From Tubiluchus corallicola (Eukaryota; Animalia; Priapulida): a DNA stretch of 64,000 nucleotides. Position numbers and translations under genes: made by a program. A model generated the notes under the pieces. The model was not told the DNA's origin. It saw only the letters and a program-made list of their open reading frames with translations, and searched no databases. Positions 1 to 11,438 of this stretch are shown here, in pieces; position 1 is the stretch's first letter, and every line of letters begins with the position of its first letter. Location of the stretch: positions 1-64,000 of the forward strand of contig JAQGDQ010000676.1 in assembly GCA_030141605.1 (NCBI GenBank), in the 5' to 3' direction.

Positions 1-232
1 CCTCCGTGGGTAGCAGCGACTCGGAGATGTTCAGGAGGAACGGGAGCAGATTCTGTCGGACACGTATGTCGATAGTGACCTTGATACATCCCATGATGTC
101 AGCGATTATGAGAGATGGCGGTGGGAAGCCATTCATGGACAGCCATTTACAGACGTTTAATTTTAGGCAGTTTGACATGCTTTCGTTTCAGAAATAATTG
201 CTATTCTGTCAGCTGTCAAGTCTCGTTTAACA
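1..232 (+). repeat. Partial copy of the GC-rich orphan exon/dispersed repeat also at 13420-13545 and 13939-14600
   Basis: Near-identical to ~14390-14600 (gttcaggaggaacgggagcagatt...cagctgtcaagtct). It has an internal deletion relative to that copy. Confidence 0.85.
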
Positions 233-799
233 TCTTTCTGTGAACAAAAAATATTGTCCTCTGATACAAAGTCGTATATTGTTGTTTTCAATTTTAATAC
301 TTTTATTTCAGATGTATATGTTCTACAATATTGAGGGATGCTCAGTTTCCCGTCACGAGCAAAGAACATTATGTTTGCTTAAAATTCTCTGTGAGTTGTG
401 CCTTTTAGAACTACCTCTAGATTTACGAGGAATTCTTAGAAAAGGTTTGTATAAGAGTTTTGTAGTAAATTTACAGTTTTGTAGTAATATTTGTGCAGCA
501 ATATTGAGGCACATTTAAGGCAACAATGCTTAGATGCCGGTCACGAGCACGTAATATTACGTTTGCTTAAAAACATGTCTTCTTGGCCCGTCTAACATGC
601 CAAGTTAAGATCAAGAAACCTAACAATAGAACATTTGAAGTAAAAATGACTGGAGAACATAGAAAGCCTGGGGCTCGTTTTGCGGGTTGCGTTTGCAGCA
701 GGAAGAAGAAGAAGAACTTACACATTAGCCATCCACAACAGCGACAGTTAATTCAATTGATGGCATACATGCAAACTCAGATAGATAGAACATCAAACA

Positions 800-950
800 T
801 GCCACAACAGCAGCAACAACAACAACATCATCCATAACATCGTCAACAACAGACCTTACAGAAACAGAAAGTGGTTGTCATTGGAAACTCAGGAAAACAG
901 CAGAGCTGTTAGTACTACAATATGGCTGCAATATGATGGATCACTAACTT
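800..950 (+). repeat. 3' part of the CAA/CAG-rich cassette found at 23714-24250 and 24353-25345
   Basis: Shares catccataacatc...agaccttacagaaacagaaagt...ggaaactcaggaaaacagc...tactacaatatggctgcaatatg with both downstream copies. Confidence 0.8.
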
Positions 951-1508
951 TATTAAATGCAAATAAATTGTGTAGTACTTGTCATTTATAGATTTGTCAT
1001 TTTTTGAAGTCTTTTACAAGTTAAGTGAATTTGCACAAGCTGTATGAACTTGTGAAGCAAGCTAGGACAATTTTGAGCTACTTTTATAGTATTTATAGTA
1101 TGCAGAAATTTACTATACCATCTAAGTCAGTCGGGTTGATTATAATTACATACACTGCCACTAGTTTAACTTCTTGTGACTTACAAATGAGCGTCAGAGT
1201 AACACATTACAAAAGTCATTTAAATTTTCAAAACTAAAGTATTGTACTATGATTTACTTGTTATTAAAAATTTATATTCTTGTTCATGCTCTGAGCATGA
1301 AACGAGTTTGGTTTCTTTTGTATTTTTATGACTGGATTCTGTGAAATCAGTTAAAATTCCTGTCAAAGTTGAGCTTTTATGCAATGGGCTGTTGAACAAA
1401 CCCATATACAGTGATGAAATGTATGCAACACCCACACTGGATAAAGTAGAAAAATTAACACTTTGGCTGTGGATTTTGTTCATATAAATATTCTAATTTG
1501 TGCCACGG

Positions 1509-1581
1509 CTCAGAAAACAATGAACTCAGAAAACAATGAGCTCAGAAAACAATGAACTCAGAAAACAATGAGCTCATTGTT
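1509..1581. repeat. 16-bp tandem repeat x4 ending in a short inverted copy
   Basis: ctcagaaaacaatga(a/g) x4, then ctcattgtttt. Confidence 0.85.
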
Positions 1582-1912
1582 TTGTTATTCAGATTTCTCA
1601 GAAGTGACCATTCACAGGAATTGAATTTTTCAGGCTTACCCTGACTAAAATAACCGTAGTGTTAATGTACATAAGAAAGGCACAGCTGAAATAACAGTTT
1701 GTTGAAGTTCATCTAATCTTGTGTTAGTATCACTGGTTATGCACACATGACAGTAGCAAGGAATCGTAGGAGGTCAGATTTGCTTATTGTTTCAACTTGG
1801 CAGTCATTTCAAAACATCATTATCACATTCTATTGTGACTTTTCTGCTTCTGATGAAATTGGAAGAAACTCCATTTAAGTGCAGGGCGCATTCTTTACAA
1901 AACTTAGGATAA

Positions 1913-2092
1913 GACCAAAGAGATATATTTGTTACCGTATTTCTTGAGACTAATGAGATATCTTTGTTGCTGTATTTCTTGAGACTAAAGAGATAGATTT
2001 GTTACTGTATTTCTTGAGACTAAAGAGATAGATTTGTTGCTGTATACTTTGAGACTAAAGAGATAGATTTGTTGCTGTATATTTTGAGACTA
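1913..2092. repeat. 35-bp minisatellite, left part of a split array
   Basis: Unit gagactaaagagatagatttgttgctgtatatttt, period 35, about 5 copies. The same unit resumes at 6556. Confidence 0.92.
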
Positions 2093-2754
2093 TGACCTCT
2101 CGAAATTTAAGCAACGAATGATTCGGTAAACGCCATTTTTCTTGATACCCCTCGAAAACTTAAAATAAACATTGTTTTTTCGAATACTATAAAATTCCAG
2201 GTCGGAATCGAGGGCAGAATGGGTCCGATGGAAATAGAAGTTGCGAGCGGGGTTTGGGACAGGAGTTTATGTTTGGGAATGGAGTTTAGAATCGAGGTTC
2301 GGAGATCAAGACCGTAGCAACTTTGATCTCGTACACCCCTACACAACACCAAAATAGTTAAGATTACATCAAGCTGAACAAACTTTATCCTTTACTATTA
2401 ACTGTATAAGGAGCAATAATTTCCAACTCCATTACATTAAATTAGCTATTCTTGTTACTCCCAAGTCTACCAAACCTAATCTGTTTAGTTGTGTCAAAAA
2501 TGGACGTGCATTGCTTGTGCACAGACAAAAGGCAAACACAGATGTCAAATTATGCGTTCTTGAACAAAAATATGCAGAACGAACCAAATTGGCTTCGCAC
2601 TACTTTGGGCTATAATCCTAATCTATATTACTTGGTACAAAATAAACCTTGCGAGTTAGATTAACCTTGCACGATAACTGGCCACAATGTATTGGACACC
2701 ATGGTGTAGGCAAACTAAAGAAAAATGGCAACTGATTCATATGGCAAAAGAACA
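2093..2754 (-). mobile_element. Possible LTR plus PBS/leader remnant of an LTR retrotransposon abutting the RTE 5' break
   Basis: On the minus strand it starts TGTTC exactly where RTE homology begins. About 400 bp later comes a PBS-like ttttggtgttgtgtagggg and a GC-richer leader. The LTR-like end is not canonical CA. Confidence 0.3.
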
Positions 2755-3689
2755 ACCGAACAAAGACTGGTTCGAAGCAAATCTCCAAACACTGGAGCCG
2801 CTTATCGAAGCTAAAAGACAAGCTCTGATCAAGTGGAAACAGCATCCTACACACGAAAATCTCAGACTTCTACGCAAAGCCAGAGCTGAAAGCCAGGAAA
2901 TGGTAAGGGTATGTGCAAACAACTACTGGCTGGACTTGTGCGACAAGATTGAACAGGCATCCTCAACTGGCAACATAAGAGCCATGTATGAAGGTATCAA
3001 GCAAGCCACTGGTCCAACCACAAAGAAAACAGCCCCCCTCAAGTCCAAAGAAGGAAATATAATCACTGATCGCAGCAAGCAGATGGAAAGATGGGTTGAG
3101 CACTACCTGGAGCTCTACTCAACTGTATCTGAAGATGCTCTCAACAGTATTCCCGAGCTCCCAACTATGACTCACCTTGATGCTGAGCCCACCCTCGAAG
3201 ACCTCGAAAAGGCTATAAATGCTCTATCAAGCGGTAAGGCACCTGGAAACGATGCAATACCCCCAGAGGTGATAAAAGAAGGGAAATCGGGCCTGCTGCC
3301 GCATCTTCATGAGCTACTCTGCCTATGCTGGAAAGAAGGGGAAGTACCACAGGACATGAGGGACTCCAAGATAGTAACCCTCTTCAAAAAAAGGTGACAG
3401 CTCGGACTGCAACAACTACCGCGGAATATCTCTACTAAGCATTGTAGGCAAGGTGTTTGCACGTGTTATGCTGACGAGACTGCAGGCCCTTGCAGAACGA
3501 GTTTATCCAGAGTCTCGGTGTGGCTTTTGATCAGGCCGCTCAACAATCGACATGATATTCTCTGTGAGACAACTTCAAGAAAAATGCAGGGAACAGTGTC
3601 AAGCTCTGTACTTAGCTTTTGTTGACCTCACCAAGGCGTTCGACCTGGTCAGCCACAGCAGATTATTCAGTCTTCTCCAGCGTATAGGC
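2755..3689 (+). mobile_element. RTE-clade non-LTR retrotransposon, 5' part of RT ORF (disrupted)
   Basis: Motifs NKDWF, RWVEHY, KAPGNDAIP, YRGISLL (after a frameshift), DMIFSVRQLQEKCREQ, FVDLTKAFDLV. Contains frameshift and stop codons. Confidence 0.93.
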
Positions 3690-5523
3690 TTTGTGTTTGA
3701 TTTGTCAAGAAACTATCGCTGTTCAGAAGGAGTACAACATCAAGCGACATTACAGTACGAAGCATGCTAGTAAATTTGATAGCCTGGTTGGTGAACCCGG
3801 ACTGATCGAATCAACTCGTTGAAACAAAGTATCACTGGTCAGCAGTCCTTCTTCAAAGTAGCGACTCAGAGTTCTGAAGCAGCAACCAAGGTTAGCTTTT
3901 TAGTAGCAGAGACTATTGCCAAGAAAGGAAAACCGTTTTTTGAGATGGGCAGTTTGTGAAGGATTGCTTGCAAATATTTACGAATGTGGTCTTCCCTGAG
4001 AAGAAGTCTGCCGTAGAAAATGTCAGTCTTTCACACCAAACTGCTTCTAGAAGAGTTGATGTCATGGCAAAAAATATTGAAGACACATTGATCCAGAGAC
4101 TCAGCGGTTGTGAGTTCTACAGCTTAGCGGTTGATGAGAGCACAGACATAAGTGACACCGCTCAACTGGCTGTATTTGTAAGAGGAGTTACGAAAACTTT
4201 TGTTGTCATCGAGGAATTGTTGGATATTTGTCCAATGAAGGGCACCACAACAGGAAAGGACATCTTTGAACAAGTGAATCGGGTAATTGAGAAATTCAAC
4301 CTTTCTACGAACAAACTGATTGGCATTACGACAGATGGGGCTCCTGCCATGACAGTGAAGCAAAACGGATTTGTAACGTTGTTGGCTGAATCGGTGCCTC
4401 ATGAAATCATTGCACACCATTGCATTATTCACCAAGAAAACCTGTGTGCCAAGACCCTTGAAATGAAGCACATGATGGATAAAGTTGTATCAGCTGTCAA
4501 CTTCATCAGGTCTAGAGGCCTCAATCACAGGGAGTTTAAATCGTTTCTAGAGAAAGTGGACTCAGATCATGATGATGTGGTTTACTTCTGCCAAGTTCGT
4601 TCAGATTCTGGAGTCTACGTGATGAAATAAAGACATTCGTGACAAACAAAGGAAAGGACGTATGTTTCCTGGATGATGACTCGTGGTTGAACGACTTGGC
4701 GTTTCTAGTCGACATGACGAAATTCATGGCAGAGTTGAACATCAGACTTCAAGGAAAGGACCAGCTGGTGCACAAGTTGTATGAACATGTTGTGACATTC
4801 ATTCAGAAGTTGAAGTTAATTCAGTCACAGCTGGTTCTGAAGAAAGCGGTACACTGCCAAGTGCTCTCGTCGAGGCCTGCTGATACAGTACAATATGAAA
4901 AGTACTCTGATTTAGTTGCCAAACTGGCTGATGACTTCGAGCGATGGTTCGAGGATTTCAGAAGGCACTCGGACACCATGAAGCTAATCAGTAATCCATT
5001 TTCAGTTGATCCAACGGACGCTGCTGATAAATACCAGCTGGAACTCATTGACATTCAGAATGACAATGAGTTGAAAACAGCTTTCACTGAGCATGATCTG
5101 CTGCACTTCTACAGCCGCTATGTGTCATCAGACAATTATATCAATCTGTCCCAGGAGGCCAGGAAGTTCACTGCTCTGTTCGGAAGCACCTACTGTTGCG
5201 AGCAACTGTTTTCTAGAATGAAAAACACGAAATCGAAGTCAAGATCTCTGCTTACAGACGAACATTTGGCAGCTTCATTGCGCATTGCGACTTCTACTGT
5301 TGGAGCAGACATAGACACTTGTGCAAACAAAAGCAGTGCCAGATTTCACATTAAACTGATCAAAAGCATAAACTTACAAGACTGTCTCTTCTAGCTTAAA
5401 TGCAACATAAAATGTATTTTGTGCTTCATTGTCTTTTTGTGGTTGTGAAATTGCTAATCTGGCCCGCGACTACTTTGAAGGTTGTACACTTGGCCCTCAG
5501 TTCAAAAAGGTTGGACACCCCTG
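3690..5523 (+). mobile_element. hAT (Charlie/SPIN, GTF2IRD2-like) DNA transposon, 5'-deleted, inserted in the RTE
   Basis: LCLICQETIAVQKEYNIKRHY, SLAVDESTD, TTDGAPAM, HCIIHQENLC, FGSTYCCEQLFSRM. Right TIR ggttggacacccctg ends at 5523, followed by a CTAG-centred 8-mer acctagcc. Several frameshifts. Confidence 0.92.
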
Positions 5524-6555
5524 ACCTAGCCAGACTGCGGGCTAAGATTACACGTGTGCTCCTCAGAGAAATGCTGTTTGCTGATGATGCAGCTCTAGCA
5601 AGCCATACCCACGACGGTCTACAACGCCTTATGGACTGCTTCTCCAATTCTTGCAGAGTTTGCCCTCACAATTAGTATCAAGAAGACGGAGATAATGGCT
5701 CAGGATCCTCCAATACCTCCCTCCATCTCAATCAACAACTCGCAGCTGGCCACTGTAGACAACTTCAAATACTTGGGCTCGACCATCTCACAGAACCTGT
5801 CCCTTGATGCTGAGATAAACGCTCGCATTGGAAAAGCAACAGGAGTCATGTCCAAGCTGACAAAGAGAGTTTGGGAAAACAAACACCTTACTCTCAGCAC
5901 AAAGTTGAAAGTCTACAATGCTTGTGTTATCAGCACCCTCCTATATGGCAGCGAGACATGGGCTACCTACACAAGACAGGAGACCAGACTCAACTCCTAC
6001 CACATGAGGTGCCTGCGTCAGCTTCTTGATATTAGGTGGGAAGACAGAATTACCAAACGCGAGGTCTTCAGCAAGGCCAAGACAACATCAATCTTTGCTA
6101 TGCTGAGTCAGAGGCATCTACGCTGGCTAGGACATGTCATACGCATGGACAAGGGTCGTCTTCCAAAGGATATGCTGTACGGCCAACTTGAGGAAGGCAC
6201 GCGTCCGACCGGTCCGCCTCGCCTGAGGTTCTCTGATGTCTGCAAGAGAGACCTCAAAGGCACTCACATAGATGTCAGTTCATGGGAAACCAAGGCAGAT
6301 GACCGTCCACCTTGGAGACAAGCAGTCAGCGAGGGCATTAAGAAGGCTGAGGAGGACAGGCATGAGAGACAACGTCAAAAGAGACTGGGGAGTAAAGCAT
6401 CAACTAATTCTCTCAATGACCCCGTTTTCACCTGTGGGACTGCGGCAGAGACTGCCATTCCAGGATCGGACTCTACAGCCACAGCAGATGCTGCTCCAGC
6501 TCCACTTTATGGCGCAACCCATCGTCTTCATAGACGGACGGAGGCCGACGACGAT
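5524..6555 (+). mobile_element. RTE retrotransposon, 3' part of RT ORF and tail
   Basis: LARLRAK, LFADDAAL, FKYLGS, LLYGSETW, LRWLGHV, LYGQL. Typical RTE 3' end ccatcgtcttcatagacggacggaggccgacgacga. Confidence 0.93.
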
Positions 6556-6910
6556 TTTGAGACTAAATTGATAGATTTGTTGCTGTATGTTTTGAGACTA
6601 AAGAGATAGATTTGTTGCTGCATACTTTGAGACTAAAGAGATAGATTTGTTGCTGTATATTTTAAGACTAAGGAGATAGATTTGTTGCTGTATATTTTGA
6701 GACTAAAGAGATAGATTTGTTGCTGTATATTTTGAGACTAAAGAGATCGATTTGCTGCTGTATACTTTGAGACTAAAGAGATAGATTTGTTGCTGTATAT
6801 TTTGAGACTAAAGACATAGATTTGTTGCTGTATATTTTGAGACTAAAGAGATCGATTTGTTGCTATATACTTTGAGACTAAAGAGATAGATTTGTTGCTG
6901 TATATTTTGA
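6556..6910. repeat. 35-bp minisatellite, right part (about 10 copies)
   Basis: Same unit as 1913-2092. Confidence 0.92.
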
Positions 6911-7535
6911 CTGTATAGAACTGGGTCAGTTGGCTTCTCTCTGAATAACTACTACTCTTGACTTGGTAGCAAGATGAGAGGACAAGCAATAGGCTTAAAC
7001 AGTGCTTTTGGTGATTATAACGTTGAGACTCAGGTGCCATGATATATTGGCTGATGTATTTACTTTAACTTTTGTTTACTACTGTTGATTATGTTTACCA
7101 TTTTTGTGTATATGTGGATTGACTATGAGACTATGATTTTGAGTAAAATACAGATTGCAAAGTTAAACCAATGTGGACTGACTATGAGATTATGATTTTG
7201 AGTAAAATACAGATTGCAAAGCTAAACCATGTTTTCATCCATTGATTTCATCTGTTTAACACGAACATTGCAACTGCAAAAACAGTCTGATAAACCTGCC
7301 AATGTCGGTTGTTAGCTCTCCCCAAAACATCCCAGCGACAACTTTAGCGTAACGATAATCTGAATATAGATTCAAAGTTAAATTGTTAATTGTGGGTGGT
7401 CATACGATTTTCATCTTACAACTTTTGTTGTTAGTTACTAGTAAGATGAAATAAAAGGTACCACAGTTGTTTTTGTTATTGTGCAATAAAGTTTTTGCAG
7501 TTTCTTTTACAACAAAATTACTTACTGTGGATTGT

Positions 7536-7950
7536 CATATTTGTGGGGTTTCATTCCAGTATGAGTGTTCATGTGACTGAGAAGACTACCTCGATGAGAA
7601 AATGATTTGTCACATAAGTCACATTTGTGGGGCTTCATTCCAGTATGGGTGTTCATGTGCCTGAGAAGATGACCTTGCTCAGAAAATTATTTGTCACATA
7701 AGTCACATTTGTGGGGTTTCAATCCAGTATGAGTGTTCATGTGACTGAGAAGATTACCTTGCTCAGAAAATGATTTGTCACATAGGTCACATTTGTGGGG
7801 CTTCATTCCAGTATGGGTGTTCATGTGCCTGAGAAGATGACCTTGCTCAGAAAATGATTTGTCACATAGGTCACATTTGTGGGGCTTCATTCCAGTATGG
7901 GTGTTCATGTGACTGAGAAGATTACTACGGACAGAAAATGATTTGTCACA
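7536..7950 (-). pseudogene. Tandem C2H2 zinc-finger fragment (about 5 fingers, 84-bp period)
   Basis: CDLCDKSFSEQGHLLRHMNTHTGMKPHK repeats. In-frame TAA at 7687-7689 and truncated at both ends. Confidence 0.9.
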
Positions 7951-8069
7951 TGGAGCCCCACTAACGATTTTCTGATGGGGCCCCATACTTCCTAGCACCC
8001 GCCCTGTTATCCTGCCAAAGTTTTTGTCCAAGAAAAGTGTTTCTCCAGTCCAGAAGTAGTCTAAAGCAG

Positions 8070-8146
8070 AAGGTGAGCATCAAACGCTCGAATTCGATTC
8101 GAACTAAAATTATAGATTCGAATAATTCAGCACTTCAACCACACAC
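8070..8146 (-). mobile_element. Fragment of the TAGGG-terminal MITE found complete at 47709-48137
   Basis: Reverse complement of ~48030-48135 (gaattcgattcgaac...agattcgaataattcagcacttcaa). Confidence 0.7.
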
Positions 8147-8165
8147 ATTCTTTATCATTATCAAA

Positions 8166-9175
8166 ATGGATCATTATACTCTTTCAATCCTTCTTGTTCT
8201 ATCAGCTGTTACCTATGGAACTATAATAAGTGTAAATAGTATTATTCCACAATTGTCGCAGGATATAATCTACAAACATCAAGATGCTTTGGCATCTTAT
8301 GGCATTATAATTACAGAACCAAAACCGATTGGATATCAAGTGGCACAATCTTTCAAAGTAGTTAGAGTCGACATGTCCAGGGCCTGGAATATTCATTACG
8401 ATCTCTTCCAAATTCGAGAAAAAGATAATTCTTCAACCCATAACAACAGAAAGAAAAGATTTCTTGGATTGATTATGTCCAGCGCAGCTATGGCGGAAGC
8501 AACTGCTGCTTTAGCCTTAGGTGCTACAAACAGGGCTGAAATAAACTCATTAAATAAGAAAATGGGAGAACTCAGAAACAATCAAGGGATAATAGCACAT
8601 GAGTTGGAAATAGCTAATAAAGAAATTATATGATTTTGGGAATTAATGAAATTAAAATTATTCCTCCTGGATCTTGCCAAGATCTTAATGTAATTGTCTG
8701 CCCAACGTATTTAGAAACACAACCGTTCGATCAATCTATAAAATACGAAAGGTCACCAGAAAGCTGGGGAGTCGTTACATTAATGGGTGGTTGGCTAGTT
8801 CAAAGACAGGCTAGTTATTCATTAAGAACAGTATCAAGATATACGGGAGTATCAGAAAAAGTTATTCCCAAGAACACTAGTCTTGTGCTAACATGCAAAA
8901 AAGTTAACGAGTACCACCTGCCTGGATATTTTCTCAGGTGTAGTGACACTCTCCACAGAGTAAAAAGTTGGATACCTAAATTGGAAAGCCACAACCTAAC
9001 TAGTTATACTGACGAGATAAACGCTTTGATTAATAAGACTCATGCACTACTTATTTCTCACCACGAAATGGAGCCACTAGCCTGGTACGAAGATTACTCA
9101 TCCGCCAAAGATTGGCTATGGCTAATGACAGTGATCACTTGCATTGAAGTAAATTCTTTGCTCATTTGGATTTGA
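8166..9175 (+). pseudogene. Env-like class I viral fusion glycoprotein (paramyxovirus/pneumovirus F-like architecture), broken at ~8630
   Basis: Signal peptide MDHYTLSILLVLSAVTYG, furin site RKKR, fusion peptide FLGLIMSSAAMAEATAALALG and heptad repeat NRAEINSLNKKMGELRNNQGIIAHELEIANKEI. The second frame has a Cys-containing region, an HR2-like TSYTDEINALINKTHALL and a Trp-rich/hydrophobic C-terminal segment. Confidence 0.75.
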
Positions 9176-10014
9176 TATTTCAAAGGGTTTTCAATTCTTG
9201 TTCTGTGCAACAATACATAGCACAAACTGGTATTAATTGGCATTTTATCATTCAGCTTTCGCCTTGGATGGGCGCGGTTTACGAGCGTTTAATGAGCCTT
9301 ATTAAACGCTCTCTACGCAAAACAATTGGTAGTAGGGCTCTTTATCAGTGTCAGTTGAGTACTTTGCTCGTTGAAATTGAAAGTTTAATCAACAATCGTC
9401 CTATTACATACATTGAGTCAGACATAGATTCTAGCTTGGTTTTAACTCCAAGTCATTTCTTGAGCTTGCGCACTTTAAATTATGTGCCAGTGTACAGTAA
9501 ATCCGAATCAGATCCCGATAATACTCCCAACAGGTACAATCTTTCTGGTGAACGTCTTTTCGAAATGTGGAAGAAAGGTGTTAGTTATTTAGATTCTTTT
9601 TGGAAAATTTGGCGTAATGAGTATTTGCTTAGCCTCCAAGAAAAAACGGAGCGCCAAGTACGCCAAAAACGCGTTAAGTCGAAATTTGAGCCTCATGTAG
9701 GCGATGTAGTACTGATTGAAGATTCACTTCCCCGTGGTCAGTGGAAAGTGGGGAAAGTTGTTAATCTCATTATTAGTAAGGACAGTAAAATCAGAGCTGC
9801 TAAAGTTCGTACTAGTAATGGTAATATTCTGACTCGTTCTTTGAGTCAATTGTTTCCTGTTGAGTGTCCTAGGTCAGTTGATGCAAGTGCAGGTGAAAAA
9901 GGCACTTGTCCTGCACAGCATCAGCACATTGAACCCTCGCACAAAATTTTGCCCAAACGTGCTGCTGCATTAAATGCTTGTGCAAAAATTAAACAACAGG
10001 CAACACGTTTATAA
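9166..10014 (+). mobile_element. BEL/Pao LTR retrotransposon integrase C-terminal half (rve plus DUF5641-like)
   Basis: INWHFI..SPWMGAVYERLM..IKRSLRK, EIESLINNRPITY, LTPSHFL, FWKIWRNEYL, VGDVVLIED.LPRGQWKVGKV, LFPVE. Confidence 0.93.
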
Positions 10015-10518
10015 ATTTGTCAAACCGTTTGATGTGATTGTGCAAATGTATAATAAGATTTTCATTACTATATGTTCAAATTTGCAATGTACCAATGTGC
10101 TATCTACATAGTTGTGACCTTTATTTCATTGTTTAATTTTGTATGACAAACAAGAGGTACTTAACATGCAAAATTGCATAGATTTAAAGTTAAGACCTAG
10201 ATAGCTATTGTTGGAATTTTCTAACAAAATTGTTCTTATAGATCCATTGTTGTTATGCTCACGTATATTATATAATGATTGTTAGTTTGCTTTTTTCCAA
10301 ATTGTTTTCCTGAGTGCTTGAGTGTATTAGATTTGGCCAATTTGATGTGTATTATGTATTGTATCTTTGTGCATTGTTTTTGATTCTGCATTGTTTGAAT
10401 TAGGTTTGCATTGAAACAAAAATTAAAATACGTTGCGCGCAACATGTAAGAAAATTTTTGGTGAGAGCCTGCGGTTTATGTGTCTTGGTAATACTTTCTT
10501 GTCTTTTTTCTGGGGGAG

Positions 10519-11114
10519 TGTCATGAAGTTTGGGCTTCACGATTCTTGTTTGGCATGACGAACCACCTCAGTAAAGTCAAAGCTCGATGTTAATCAACAG
10601 GTTTCAGCAACAAAAATAGTTCATTGTTGACTCCGCACAGTCTTTTCGAAACTTGACAGTTACGATCGTCTTCAAAGGAGCGTACGAATGCGAGATTACG
10701 TTCATTATTGTTCATAGTCCAAACAGATTTCGCTAACAAACGTTGCAAGTCAAAAGCTTGAAGCCAGGTAAAACCGTACGTAGACACCCGTTTACTTTTA
10801 TGTGCCGAAATAGTCTTTATTTTGCACTTGAAATGCTTTCTGATAAACGCATCTAAATGTTCCTGGTACTCCCGGGTTTCCTTGCACCAATTGTCGTGGT
10901 GACTTTTGTAACAAATAAAACGAAAAGACGAGAATTTTTACCACCGTCGTAACGGTAAACTTTATTCTTTTTTTTCGAACGCAATATCCTAGTTTGCCCT
11001 TTCATACCAACTCAACAACTGCCACTAACTTCTTTTCTACAGTTACACGTAAAATCAATTCAATTCAATGGCTTCTCTCTGGGGGGCGAATCGTGAAGCC
11101 CAAACTTCACGACA
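10519..11114 (+). mobile_element. Probable 3' LTR (596 bp) of the BEL/Pao element
   Basis: Directly after PPT-like tgggggag. TG...CA ends, 27-bp terminal inverted repeat (26/27 match), AATAAA near 10915. Confidence 0.7.
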
Positions 11115-11438
11115 GTTTTGGTTATTGAGTGGACCTTGCTCCTCGCTTTTGAACAACGTAATTTTTTTCTGAAATTTTGCCAATCACTGATGACTATTTT
11201 GAGCTTCAATGATTTCGTAAACATGTATTTAAGATTTCTGTTCTTCAGTAATCAGTATACTCATGAATCTGCGTTTACTCGCCCAAAAACCAGTTAGCCC
11301 GGGGCATATGCCCAATTTTGTACAGTGGAAAAAGCACTATAATTGGCTGTTTCACCACGCCGCAAAGCTGCCATGTTGTCGTCATAGTTACACGTGGTCC
11401 TTATATAGTTGATCGTTATTTTAAGTTTTAAAGTCGTG

